64,000 bases of DNA from the human T2T-CHM13v2.0 reference genome, Homo sapiens. Made by a program: the position numbers and the translations under genes. Positions 1 through 11,935 of the stretch are shown piece after piece. A model generated the notes under the pieces. It saw only the letters and a program-made list of their open reading frames with translations. It searched no databases and had not been told where the DNA came from. The stretch lies in assembly GCF_009914755.1 (NCBI RefSeq), contig NC_060928.1. One strand, given 5' to 3'. Numbering within the stretch: the first letter of the stretch is position 1; every line of letters begins with the position of its first letter.

Positions 1-244
1 CCTTCAAAAAGAGAGAACTCTTGGCTGTGGATAGTCATTGCCTTCCTACCTGGAATGCGGGATGATTAGACTTAATGACGCTTTTGGGGGCCAAAAAGAA
101 GAGTTGTCTAAGAGTCATTAGGCTGCTTGCTCTGTGTGCCTTGATGAATCTGTATCTGAAGGCAATTTTAAATGAAAGCTCCAAAATGTTTTGCATCAAA
201 TTGGCATCACTGAACATTAGGCTCTTAAAATTAAAAGTACAGTA

Positions 245-485
245 GCACAGTGTAGAGATTAAAAGCATGTTTTTGGAATCAGACATTCTTTTTTCAATCC
301 TATCCAGCCCAAGCTAGCAGTTATTTAGGCCAGTTACTCAACCTCGATATAAGACTCAGTTTCCTCACCTATAAAATAGAGATAATATTACCTCCCTTCA
401 ATAGTTGTGAAGATTGTACAAGATAATATAAGTGAAGACTTACATAGTATCTGGTACAAAGTAAATACTTAATATATGGTAGTTA
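245..485 (+). mobile_element. MIR SINE relic
   Basis: MIR core-like 'ctcagtttcctcacctataaaatagagataat...gttgtgaagatt'; boundaries approximate. Confidence 0.75.
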
Positions 486-504
486 ATATCATTATGACAT
501 CAGT

Positions 505-720
505 ATATATTTATGATACTTCATAGTTTACAAAGTACATTCAAATACTTATGTTGATTTAAGTTTCACCACAACCTATTTGTTCAGGTTTTATTATTCT
601 CACATTATAGGAGAAGAAACTGAGGTTCAAGGACTAGTAACCAGCAGCAGATCACACAGCTGGAAGACAACTAAGAGCAAAAAAACGTTAGTCTTTTGAT
701 GGCTATATCAGGCCATGTTC
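505..720 (-). mobile_element. MIR SINE relic (antisense)
   Basis: 'ggagaagaaactgaggttcaagg...gatcacacagct', the reverse of the MIR core. Confidence 0.7.
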
Positions 721-2634
721 TTCCCAGTACAGCAAACCTGAACCTCTGTGGATGATGATTAAAAAGAGAAATACAGTCTCATCTTAGAGATTATCCTTGT
801 CTTTCCTAGACATTATTATTTTCACTTAAAAAAGTTGAAGCCTTACTTACATCAAAAGGTAAGGATGGGCCTCTTTAAGGTAAGGCATAAGTATTAATGC
901 AACAGCTTTTAGTAAATTACTGTTATTTAAAATTCTTTCTGTGCTCCTCCAGCATGTGTAATAGCTTGCCTCATTTATGTTTTTTCTTATTCATTCATTC
1001 TCAATGGGCAAAATTTCTAATTCATTCAGTCTCTCCTGACACATTGTACTTGGCAGGTAATTCGTAATAAGCTTTAATTTTGAAAATGAACATTTGTCAT
1101 TTGGGACCGTAACTTAGATAGTTTAAAAACACCAAACCCGCTGTGCAAACATCTGGAAAAGTTGATGATAGGGGACGGTTTGCTGCAGTCAACGTGTCTA
1201 CCAAGCAAATGACAGAATCGGACTTAGAAAGGTCTGTTGTCAGAGCTCGCCAGTAATGATGATTTGTCTAGTAAGAGATATTAGAGGAAGAAGAGATGAA
1301 AAAAAAAGCATTTTCCATCCATTTGGCAAATGCATTTGCCATTATATGCGAGTTGCTAATTGATGCTTTAAATCTGTGATCATATGTGCTATTAAATATG
1401 AAACCTGTACACACAGACATACAGACTCATATTGATATGAGGATAGATGTCTGAGGTAAATTTAGAGATGAGAAAATTAATGCAAGATGCTTTACTTTGG
1501 AAGTAATTCCTTTGGGAATTGTCAGATGCCAGTCAGGTGCTTGTGTAAGTCACCTTTTTTTGTGAGGGCTGAAAGACCAGGAACAAGGTTCTAAGAATTT
1601 AGACCACTGGTTCTCTAGTAATGTATGCAGATAATCAAAGAAGTAACATGAAGAAAAATGATGATTTTAGTTTTAAAATATGATAATCTATTCTTCTTTA
1701 AAAATAATTAATATCACAAGACCTAAAGCCTTCTTGTTCACTCTCTTCTCCGGTAAGCTTCATTTTGAAAAAGGCTAAAAACTTTTAGGGAGATTCTCTA
1801 GGGAGTTCTGGACTTGACATGCGAAAGTGTCAGAGTCTAGCTTTCATAGTAATAGAGAGGTCAAGAATGCTGCTGAAAAGCATTCTGGGGCTTACCTTGA
1901 AATGGGATATTAAGTGGACTCCAGAATTTTAAAGGAGCCAGTCTAATACAGCTCCTTAAGATAAACTAGATGTACCTAAAATGTGACTGCTTTTAAGTAG
2001 TTGGGAGAAACAAACATGAACAGATATTTTTAAATTACAATATATAACTTCTTCCACAGAGGCACAATTAAAGTGCTAAGAAATCACTGCAGACAGAGAA
2101 CCTGACACTGACAAGGAGAATTACATATGCATCAATGAGGAGCTGGCATTTTGGCTCAGTCTAGAAGTCATAGGAATTTTCCTGGAGAAAGTTTTTTCAA
2201 AGTGAATAGCATATGCAAAAATGGTAAGAACTATTGAGAAATAGAGAGATTTTCCTTGAATGCGAGTTCAGTGAGATTACAAGGTTTCCAATAGCTCCTT
2301 TTGGTAGTGAATAAAACTGAGTCAAATTTGCAGAAATCAGTAACTCAAGGGAATTCCTTCATTGGTCCTCTCACTAATGTGAGTGCATATGTGTGTGTTT
2401 TACGGGATGTGTGTGGGAGGGGATGTTTTTACTATTTCTCAGAGCCACACCCTACCTAAATATTGTACGCTCCAAGTAAATTGAGAAAATAAGTGTTGGA
2501 GATGGGGAGAATGGAAATGGAAAGATAAAGAAGAGTTTTATCTTTGAAAATAGATATTTATGGTACCTTATTTACTTTAAAATAAATGAGATACCTATTC
2601 ATGCACATATCTCAGAATAATTACTGTATTTTCT

Positions 2635-2810
2635 AATGGGAGAAGCCTTAGAAAATATCCAGTTTATTGCCCTATTTTAAGAAATGAGGAAACTGAGTTT
2701 TAGAGAAGTTGAAACACATTTTCCAACCATGGTTACTTGCAGATATAAAGAATAGAACTCAAATGTTTTCACTCTTAGTACAAAATTATTTCCTTTCTAC
2801 CAATGCAGCT
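2635..2810 (-). mobile_element. MIR-family SINE relic
   Basis: 'ctattttaagaaatgaggaaactgagttttagagaagttgaa...agaactcaaatg'. Confidence 0.65.
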
Positions 2811-3512
2811 TTTAGACAAATCATCACATTATTAATTGATCAGTCAACAGTTTTTTATTGATTATACTACAATGGGCCTTATAACTGGGCTCTATAAGAA
2901 ATGGGAAATAAAAAGAATGTATGAACTGAAGACAACCCATTAAAATATCAGAAAGACAAGGTAGCAGCAATTTTAAATGAGTCCCTGTATTAATTGCTGT
3001 TGCAGAACCTAATGTTACCAAATGTTCATTTGGATAAAGTGGATATCTGAAAATCATAACCTTGATTATTAGGTTGTCTGATATGTGCTGTGAATGAGAA
3101 GTAGGTAGACTTTATTTCACATGGTCATTCCAGTTGATTTACCGTGTTTTCTTCAGGCACTTTGCTGAGAAGAATTCTGAGGTCCTGTTTGATGTCAACA
3201 GAAAGAAATGCTATAATCAATGTGTAATGACAGCCATACTAGTGACAATAAGACCAGGTAATTATCAAATATGTAATCAGTATAATAATAAAATCTTATA
3301 TTGTACCTTTCTTCGAAGAGCAAAGATTGTTTCCAAATTCGAGTCACGAAATTAAAACAGAAAGCCTTACTTCTTACTCCAGAGAATGACTGGATGCCAA
3401 AAGATTAAGTAAGCATCACTAATGTGCTTACATGAGACAATATTGTGGCCAATTATATTTCTATCCTGCCTACATTACTCAGATCTTAAGGTGATGTCAC
3501 TATGCGTTTGAG

Positions 3513-3548
3513 TGTATGTATGTGTGTGTGTGTGTCTGTGTGTGTGTT
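3513..3548. repeat. Imperfect (TG)n microsatellite
   Basis: tgtatgtatgtgtgtgtgtgtgtctgtgtgtgtg seen directly. Confidence 0.9.
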
Positions 3549-4514
3549 ATGACATTATACCTGGAGAGAAAAACAAATCACCAAGGCTGATTTCAGAAGA
3601 AGCTTTGGCATCCATATGCCACTCACCTTAATCATTTTTAAATCAGACTGTCCTTCAATCTTACGATTCAGTCAAGGAGCTAATTGTATCTTGTCAATGC
3701 CATAGATACCCTCAAAGTCCTATAAAAGATGTTCTGGGCTTATGTAGGCTGAATTAAAAGACATTCACTTGTGGTGGCTTTAAACCACATAGGATGACTC
3801 ATCATATCAGTTATATCCACTTGTGCTGACGTTTGTCTTGCGTAACCATTGTGTTAAGTGCTTTCCATAAAAAGCCTTCATGCAAATCTTTTTTTTTTTT
3901 CCTGATCATTAAGGCACTTTAACACAAAGAGGTAGAACAGTACGTTGTAACCACATCCTGGGTTTGTTTCTCTGTAGGAAGATTGCTTTGTGCCTGAAAG
4001 CTGTACAGGATATTTAAAGACTAGAGCAAATGATTAAATTTACCCACTTTTTTTTTGTTCCTGGCAGCCTAAGCCCTAAGCTTTACCTGTCATTCAACTC
4101 ATCTAAATGCCAAAGAAAAGGGCTGACACAGAGTAGAAATCTTGTCACATGACCTCACCCTCCTCCCCATCTCCTTTCTAAGGGCTCCTGCAATTGTCAT
4201 TTACATTAAAGTTCCGTGCTTAGGCCTGCAGGTGGAGAATTGCTCTTTTGTTGAGAGTTAGTTTCTGTTACAGGTCAGAAAACAGAAGACTTTGTCAGAG
4301 GTTGGGCTGCTTTCTAAAGTAACTCATTGCCAGAATTTTCTAAACAAGAAAAAAAGCCAGAAAGCAAGGCAATTCTTGAAATGTTAGTACAAGATAAAGG
4401 TGTCCATTGGGAAATGAGCAACATGGCTCTGGGGTTCTCTTGAAATTCAGAGTTGAAGAATTTAGCAACACTGACACTTCTGACACGTAGAGGAAATGTG
4501 GGAGAAAATGCAGC

Positions 4515-4745
4515 AATTCAATAAATTCTACAAACATTTATATGCTACTGATAGGCTGGGCACTGCTCTAGGCCTCAGAGATACCAGAGACTGATTTAGA
4601 CTATTTCTCCAGCTTCAAGGGGCCCAGCGTCTGTGAGAACAATTATGCATAAGCAGTTGTAGCAGAAGTACAGACTCAGTATAGTTGGAAGGGATTGAAG
4701 GGCACTGCAGAGTAAAATGAAACAGAGGGAATGGAAAGTTCTTCT
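4515..4745 (-). mobile_element. L2 LINE 3' end relic
   Basis: 'acaaacatttatatgctact...ctgggcactgctctaggc...gagatac', typical of the antisense L2 3' terminus. Confidence 0.6.
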
Positions 4746-5167
4746 CATGTCTCCCATCATCTTCGAGACTATTTTGAAGACATAAATACAGACATAGTGC
4801 AGTGTAGATAAATAGGCATGGCCTTTGGAACAAGTATGTCGTCAAATCATTTTCTGTCTAGGTGATCTTGGGTCAAGAAAGGTTAGGCAATAACCAGAGG
4901 ATATTCCCTATATGTCTTCAAAATAAAGTCTATTGTTCTAAGACCATAGAAAATATGAAGATTTAACTGAAATAATGGTTCATATTTTAGCCTAAGTATA
5001 TATCCTGTTATATAATCTGCTGTTACTTTCTTTTAATTATTTTTGTAGTGATTGTGAATTTCCTTTCTTCTTTAATCTTGTTTGTAATTAATTGGCTTTA
5101 GTGGATTCGGAACTAATGGATACTTTTCTTGAGATATTTAGAAAGTACAGAAAAATTCAGAAGGGAA

Positions 5168-5567
5168 TGCTATGGTTTTAATGTTTGTCCCCTCCAAAAC
5201 TCATGTGTTGAGAGCCTAATCATTAAGGCCACAATGTTGGGAGAGGGGGCTTAATGGGAGGTGTTTAGGTCTTGCGAGCTTTGCCTGCGTGAATTGATTA
5301 ATGCCACAATAAAATGGTTTTTGAGAGTGGGCTCTCTCCCTTCCACTCTTCACCAATGTGAGAAGCAGCATTGCTCCACCTCTGAAGGAGACAGCATTCA
5401 AGGTGCCATCTTGGAGGCAGAGACCAGGCCCTCACCAGAAACCAAACCTGTTGGTACCTTGATCTTGGACTTTTCCACTTCCAGACCTATGAGAAATACA
5501 TTTCTGTACTTTGTAAATTACCTAGTCTCAGGTATTCTGTTACAGCAGCACAAAACAAACTGAGACA
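5168..5567 (+). mobile_element. MaLR solo LTR (MST family, MSTB/C/D-like)
   Basis: Starts TGCTATGGTTTTAATGTTTGTCCCCTCCAAAACTCATG; contains 'gccatcttggaggcagag' and 'ccttgatcttggactt'; ends 'aactgagaCA'; flanked by direct repeat AGGGAA (5162-5167, 5568-5573). Confidence 0.9.
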
Positions 5568-6229
5568 AGGGAAATTAACCAATCTATAATCATCTTATCC
5601 CACCACCCAGACTTAATCACTGTTGGCATTTTCAAGCATTTTCTTCGAGAATTTTAATAACCTGTTTTATTTTCCTAAAATTTATTTTTTGGATATCTAC
5701 CCCATCATGATTTATGATACAATCCAATTTTTATTGGTGGGAGTATTCATGCTTATAATTTATTTAATCAATCCCATATGATTGACTATTACTATTTATT
5801 TTTTACCAACATTATCACTTTTCAAGTGTTTCAACATTATCACCACTAGTCAAGAAAGAGGAGCCAATTAGATACATTCTATAAAAAGAACTAAAAATAA
5901 ACTTTATAAAAGTCCTCTATTCATGAATTAATGACAATATATTTGAAATCAAGGTCTATGTCTTAAAATTATTTTGAATTATCTCCAGCAGAAACTGTAG
6001 ACCAGGTAGCCATGTAATACATGGAGTAGCTGATCTCTAAGTATGTAGAGATAATTTGATTGACTAAACATCACTTAGAAAATTTCAGAAAGAAAATAAT
6101 ATGCTATAAAACTAATTACTTAGCAGGCATTATGCTAAGCATCATTAGGGATTCAAGAGCCCCCATGCTGAAAGCATGTCAATGATTTTGCTTTGGAATT
6201 AAAATAAAATTCAAGTGTCTCAATGGGGT

Positions 6230-6385
6230 AATAATGATATAGCAACAGTTTTGAGTGTTTTATGAGTTAGGCATTGTACTTTATAAATCTTAACTTTTTT
6301 CCTATTGAAACTTACTTAGATTCAGAGAGAATAAGTAACTTGCATAAGGTCACACAGGTAGTAAGGGCATAGAGTGGGATTTTCT
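6230..6385 (-). mobile_element. MIR relic
   Basis: 'cagagagaataagtaacttgcataaggtcacacaggtagtaag'. Confidence 0.65.
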
Positions 6386-6399
6386 CCAACCACGTTTTC

Positions 6400-6700
6400 C
6401 TATAGCTACCTCTCATTTGTTTTTTATGCTTCACATCAAACGTTGCTACCCTCTATTGTAGATAGTTTTTATTATAAGGCCCTGGTTTATTTTCCTCAAA
6501 GTACTTATCATTAATAATGTTATTTTTCCTCTGATTTGTATGTTTACTTTTCCTGTTTGCATTACTAAAACATAACATCCATGAAGGGCACAGACTTCAT
6601 GTATATTATGCTTATTACAGTATCATCAGCACCTAGAACAATATCAAGTAACTAACTGGTAATTGATGAATATCTCATTAAAAAAAGAATGTATGGAATA
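6400..6700 (+). mobile_element. L2 3' end relic
   Basis: 'ccatgaagggcacagactt...gtatcatcagcacctagaaca' L2 terminal motif. Confidence 0.6.
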
Positions 6701-6764
6701 AAGAACACAGTATCTGTGCTCAAAGAACTGACCATCTATAGAGTCAATTCTAAGATATGCGCAG

Positions 6765-9700
6765 GAATTCTAGTTAACAATCCAGCATGGAAGAAGCTTG
6801 GAAGTTGCAACTCCATTCTAACAACTTATAAAAAGCTGAAAAAACTAAAAAATTCATAACTCTTGTTAAATCCATAACAGAAATTGTCCATGCGATCCTT
6901 TGATGCATAATTTGCCCAAGGCAAACCACTGTCCCCCAAATTGCAGAAACTGAGAGGCAAAAACAGAGAATCACAACTTACTGGAGCAGAAAGCCACCAG
7001 CAACAACTTCACAGGAACCAGTGCCAGGCTAGGAAAACCTGAAGTGTAATTAATGAATTGCGAATTCATGAGCTGGAGGCTCCATGAGGACAACTCTGAG
7101 AGATAAAAACCATAGGGGACCCAGCCTTCAGGAGCCCCCATGCACTTTTGTTAGTTTTACCTTCTGATGCTCCACCAGGTTCTCAGGGTGAGTATCAGAG
7201 GAAAAATTCTCTAATGCTTCCAGCAGGGGGAGAAAAAAAATTTTAAATCAGCCCGAGCATTCTGTTCTTCCTAAGGAAGGTTGCCCTCAAGTGAAACTAT
7301 TTAACCAGAGCCTAACCTGCTGAGGCTTCCTCAGAGCCTAACTGACCTGGGGAAAGGAAAATACCTAACTCTTGCCTATTCTAGCCAACACTGTTCCACC
7401 TAAGGTGGGGCTGAGAAGCACATGTGAAGATCACAGTCCAAAGGCACAGGTTCAGGGAAACACTAAGACCTAATCAATCATAGGATTACAGAATGCTTCC
7501 CTCCACCCTGCACTTTACCACCAAATTACTAAAGACTTATTTACAGCCATCCCTTTCGCACGATATGTCATGGCCCACAGTCAAAAAAATATTTCAAGAT
7601 ATAAAGCATTAGCACCCAGACTTATATGGCAGGGAAGTTGAAATTATCAGGATGTGAATTTAAAACAACTATAATATGCGAATGGCTCTAATAGATAACA
7701 GAAACTTCATACAAGAATAAATGGGCAATATAAGCAGAGTGATGGAAGTTCTAAGAAAGTACAAAAAGGAAATGCCAGAGATTAAAAATTAACAGAATTG
7801 AAGAATGCCATTGATGGGCTTATTAGTAGAATAGACATGACTAAGGAAGGAATTTCTGAATTTAAGAATATATCAACAAAGACCACCAAAACTGAAGAAA
7901 AAAAAAAAGAAAAAAAGGGAATACATATTCAAGAATTGTGGGACAACTGCCAACTGTGTAACATATGCTTAATGAGAATACCAAAAGGAGAAAAAAGAGA
8001 GAAAGAAACAACAACAACAAAAATTTAAAACAATATTGACTAAGGATTTTCTCAGACACGAAGCCTCATATCTAGGAAGCTCAGAGAAGCCAAGCTGCAT
8101 AAATGCAAGAAAACTAACATGAGGCATATGATTTTCAAACTACAGAAAATCAAAAATAAAGAAAAAACTGAAATAAGCTAGAGAGAAAAGGAAAGAAAAC
8201 TTAACTATGGGAGAGCAAAGAAAAAATTTCATCCAACCAACTTTTCTTCAGAAACCATGCACACAGAACGTGAAAAGTGAGGAAAAGTTGTTAAGAAGAA
8301 AAAAAATGCCAACCTAGAATTCTTTATCCTGTGAAATTATTATTCAAAAGTGAAAGAGAAATATAGATTTTCTCAAACAAAAATGGAAATAATTTTTTGC
8401 CAATAAATTTTCTCTGCAAAAAAAAAATGTTAAAAAAGTTTTTTAGAGAGAAGAAAACTGATGTAGGTCAGAAACTTAGATTAACATAAAGAAAGGAAGA
8501 GCATGAAAGGAAAAAATAAGTGAATGTAAAATTAAAATGTTTTATTTTATATTCTTAATTGATTAAATAGATAATATCATTCAAAATAATAGCAACAATA
8601 TATTCAATTATATATTCATGTTTATATGTGTGGAATAAATGACAGTAATGATACAAGGAACAGAAAGGAAGAATTGGAATGGTTTTGTTATTAGAAGGTA
8701 CTTGCACTATCCATGAAGAAATGTAGTGTCATTTGAAAGTGGCCTCTGATTAGCTGTAAACTTACATTGCAAACTCTAGGGTAACTACTAAAAACAGTAA
8801 AGAAAGGCGTACTAAAGAAGGAGAGAAAAATGAAAGTACATAAAATGCTTAATTACAAACAAAAAGGATAGAAAGAAATGAAAGACAAAATAGAAACAAC
8901 AAGAGTAACAAAAAGAATAATAACAAATGCAGTAGATATTAGCCTACTATATTTGTAATCTCTTTGCATGTCAATGGTTTACATTAATTAACTAATAGAG
9001 ATTGTCAGATTGGATCAAAAAACAAGACTCAACTACATATTGTCTATAGCAAACTCACTTTAAATATGAAAACAAATATAGATTAAAAATAAATTGATGT
9101 AGAACAATATATCATGCTAACACTAATAAAAGAAAAAGACTAGCTATACTAATTTCAGACAGAGCAGACTTCATAGCAAGAAAAGTCATCATGGACAAAG
9201 AGGTATTATATAATGATAAACAGGTCAGTTCTCCAAGAAGACATAAAAATTCTTAATATGTATATATTTATAAACAGTCAAAATACGTGAGGAAAAAACT
9301 GATACAACTCAAGGAGGAATCTAATAGAGTTATAGATTTCAACACTCCTCTATCAGAAATAGATAGATCCACCAGGCAGAAAATCAGCAAGGATGCAGCT
9401 GAATTCTACAACTCCGTCAATAAAGTGAATATAAACTACTTCATCAAACATTAACAGAATACATGTTTGTCTCAAGCTCACATGGAATATTTACCAATAC
9501 AGACCACATTCTGGGCCATAAAACATACCTAGAAAAAGTCTAAAGAATATACATTTTAGCATGCCTACTCTCAGTTCAAAATGGAATTAAACTAGAAATC
9601 GAAAAAAAAAAAGATAGCTGGAAAATTCCAAAATACTAGAGATTAAACAGCATGTGTTCCACTAACATCAGGAATGAGGCAAGTATCTTCCCTATTGCCA

Positions 9701-11935
9701 CTGCTTTTCAACACTAGCAGTCCTAGAAAATGCAATAAGACAGAAAAAGGAAATAAAATGTACACAAATTGGGAGGGAAGAAATAAAACAGTCTATGTTA
9801 GCAGTTGACATGATTGTCTATGTAGAAAATTCAAAAATTTTAACAAAAAACTACTGGAACAAATAGGCAACTATAGCAATACTGCAGGATATAAGGTTTA
9901 TATACAAAAGCCAATTAATTTCCTATATAATAACAATGAACAGGCAGAAATTGAAATTAAAAACACAACAACATATACGCTAACACTCAAAACTTTGAAA
10001 TACTTAAGCGTAAATATAACACATATGAGGAAAACCAACTCTCTCGTAGAAAACAAAACAAAACAACAAAACAGCAAAGAGCTAAATATATGGAGAGCTA
10101 TTCATACTCATGGACACAAAAACTCAATATTGTCAAAATGTCAGTTCTTCCTGAATTGATTTATAGGTTAGTCAAAGTCTCTTCAAGCTATTTTGTAGAT
10201 ATTGACAAAATTATTCTAAAATGTATATGAAAAAGCAAAAGAACCAGAATAGCCAACACAATATTGAAGGAGAAGAAGAAAGTTGGAGGACTGATGCCTG
10301 ACTTTAACACTTAATACAAAGCTGCAATAATTTAGACAGTGTTATCTGCAAAATAGAAGACAAATAAAACATTTAAAAATGAAAAAAAGAGACAAATAGA
10401 TTACTGAACCAGAATAGGGAGCACAGAAAGAAATCCATGTAAATACAGTTTACTGATCTTTGAACACAGGAGCAAGGGAATACAATGAAGATAAAAATCT
10501 TTTTACAAATTGTGCTGAAATAACCGGACATTCACATGCAAAAAAAAAAAAAAAATAAATTCCAGATATTTACTCATTACAAAAAAATTCAAAATGCATG
10601 AGAGACATAAATGTAAAACACAAAACTATAAAACTCCTAGAAGATAACAAAAGGTTAAATCTAGGTAACATATGGTTTCATAATAATGTTTTAGATACAA
10701 CACCAAAGTCACCATCTATGAAAGAAATAATTGATAAGCTGGACTTAAAAACTTCTACTCTGCAAAAGACACTCTCAAGAGAATAAAAGGATAAGTTACA
10801 GGCTGGGAGAAATCATTTGCAAAAGACATATCTGATAAAAGATTATTATCCAACGTATACGAAGAACTCTCAAAACTCAAAAAAAAAAACCAAACAAACA
10901 AACAAAAAAAACAAATACCCTAACTATAAAAGGAGACAAAGAACTTAACAAACATCTTATCAAAGAAGATACACAGATGACAAATAAGCACTTGGAATGA
11001 TGTTCTCCATTATATGCCATTAAGGAAATGTTAAAGCAACAATGAAATACAACTACATACCTATCAAAATGACCAAAATTCAGAATAATTATAACACCAA
11101 AGGCGAACGATGATGTGGAGGAACACGAGTTTTCATTCATTGTTGGTAGGAATGCAAAATGGTATGGCCACTTTCGAAGACATATTGACAGTTTCTTAAT
11201 AAAACTAAACACACTCTTACCATAGAATCCAGCAATTGTCCTTCTTGGACATATGGGAGTTGAAAATTATTGTCCACATAAAACTCTGCACACAGATGTC
11301 TATAGCAGCTTTATTCATAATTGCCAAAACTTGGATGCAACTCAGTTAACTCAGTTACTTTTCAGTGGATAAATAGATAATTTTGGTATATCCAGACAAT
11401 GGAATATTACTTATTGTTAAAAAGAAATGAGCTATCAAGCCATGGAAAGACATAGAAGAAACTTAAATACATATTACTAAGTAAAAGAAACTAATTTCAA
11501 AGTCTACATATTGTATGATTCCAAGTGTATGTCATTCTGTGAAAGGCAAAACTATGAAGAAAATTAAAACAAAAAAAAGAGTGCCAGATTAAGGGAAGGG
11601 AGGGATAAATAGGCAGAACACAGAGAATTTGTAGAACAGTGAAACTACTCTATGTGATACTATAATGGTGAATACATTTCATCGTACTTGTATGCAAACC
11701 TATAGAATGTACACACCAGGAGTGAAACCTAATGTAAATTGAGTACTTTGGGTGGTTATGATGTGTTGATGAAGGTTCATCCATTGCAACAAAGGCACCA
11801 CTCTGTTGGAGAATGTTGACGGTGTGGAAGGCTTTGCATGTTTGGGTGCTGGGGATATATGGGAAATCTCTATACCATTTGCTCAATTTTGCTGTGAACC
11901 TAAAATTACTAAAAAATGAAGTCTATTAAAAAAGA
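6765..11935 (+). mobile_element. Old L1 LINE (L1MC1-like 3' end): 5'UTR, degenerate ORF1 and ORF2 with an internal deletion, 3'UTR
   Basis: ORF1-like peptide MKNAIDGLISRIDMTKEGISE (7798); endonuclease-like DNA 8930-9650 ('gaccacattctgggccataaa'); RT region 'gttgacatgattgtctatgtagaaaat'; C-terminal peptide 'TIKLLEDN...TTPK...IIDKLD' (10598); 3' end 'tcaattttgctgtgaacctaaaa...gtctattaaaaaa'. Heavily frameshifted. Confidence 0.92.

Noticed and set aside
245-720. Tail-to-tail MIR pair as an RNA hairpin (also 33570-34065)
   Set aside because: Copies too diverged for stable pairing; common arrangement
7798-10786. L1 ORF1- and ORF2-like peptides as CDS
   Set aside because: Short open fragments of a dead, frameshifted L1
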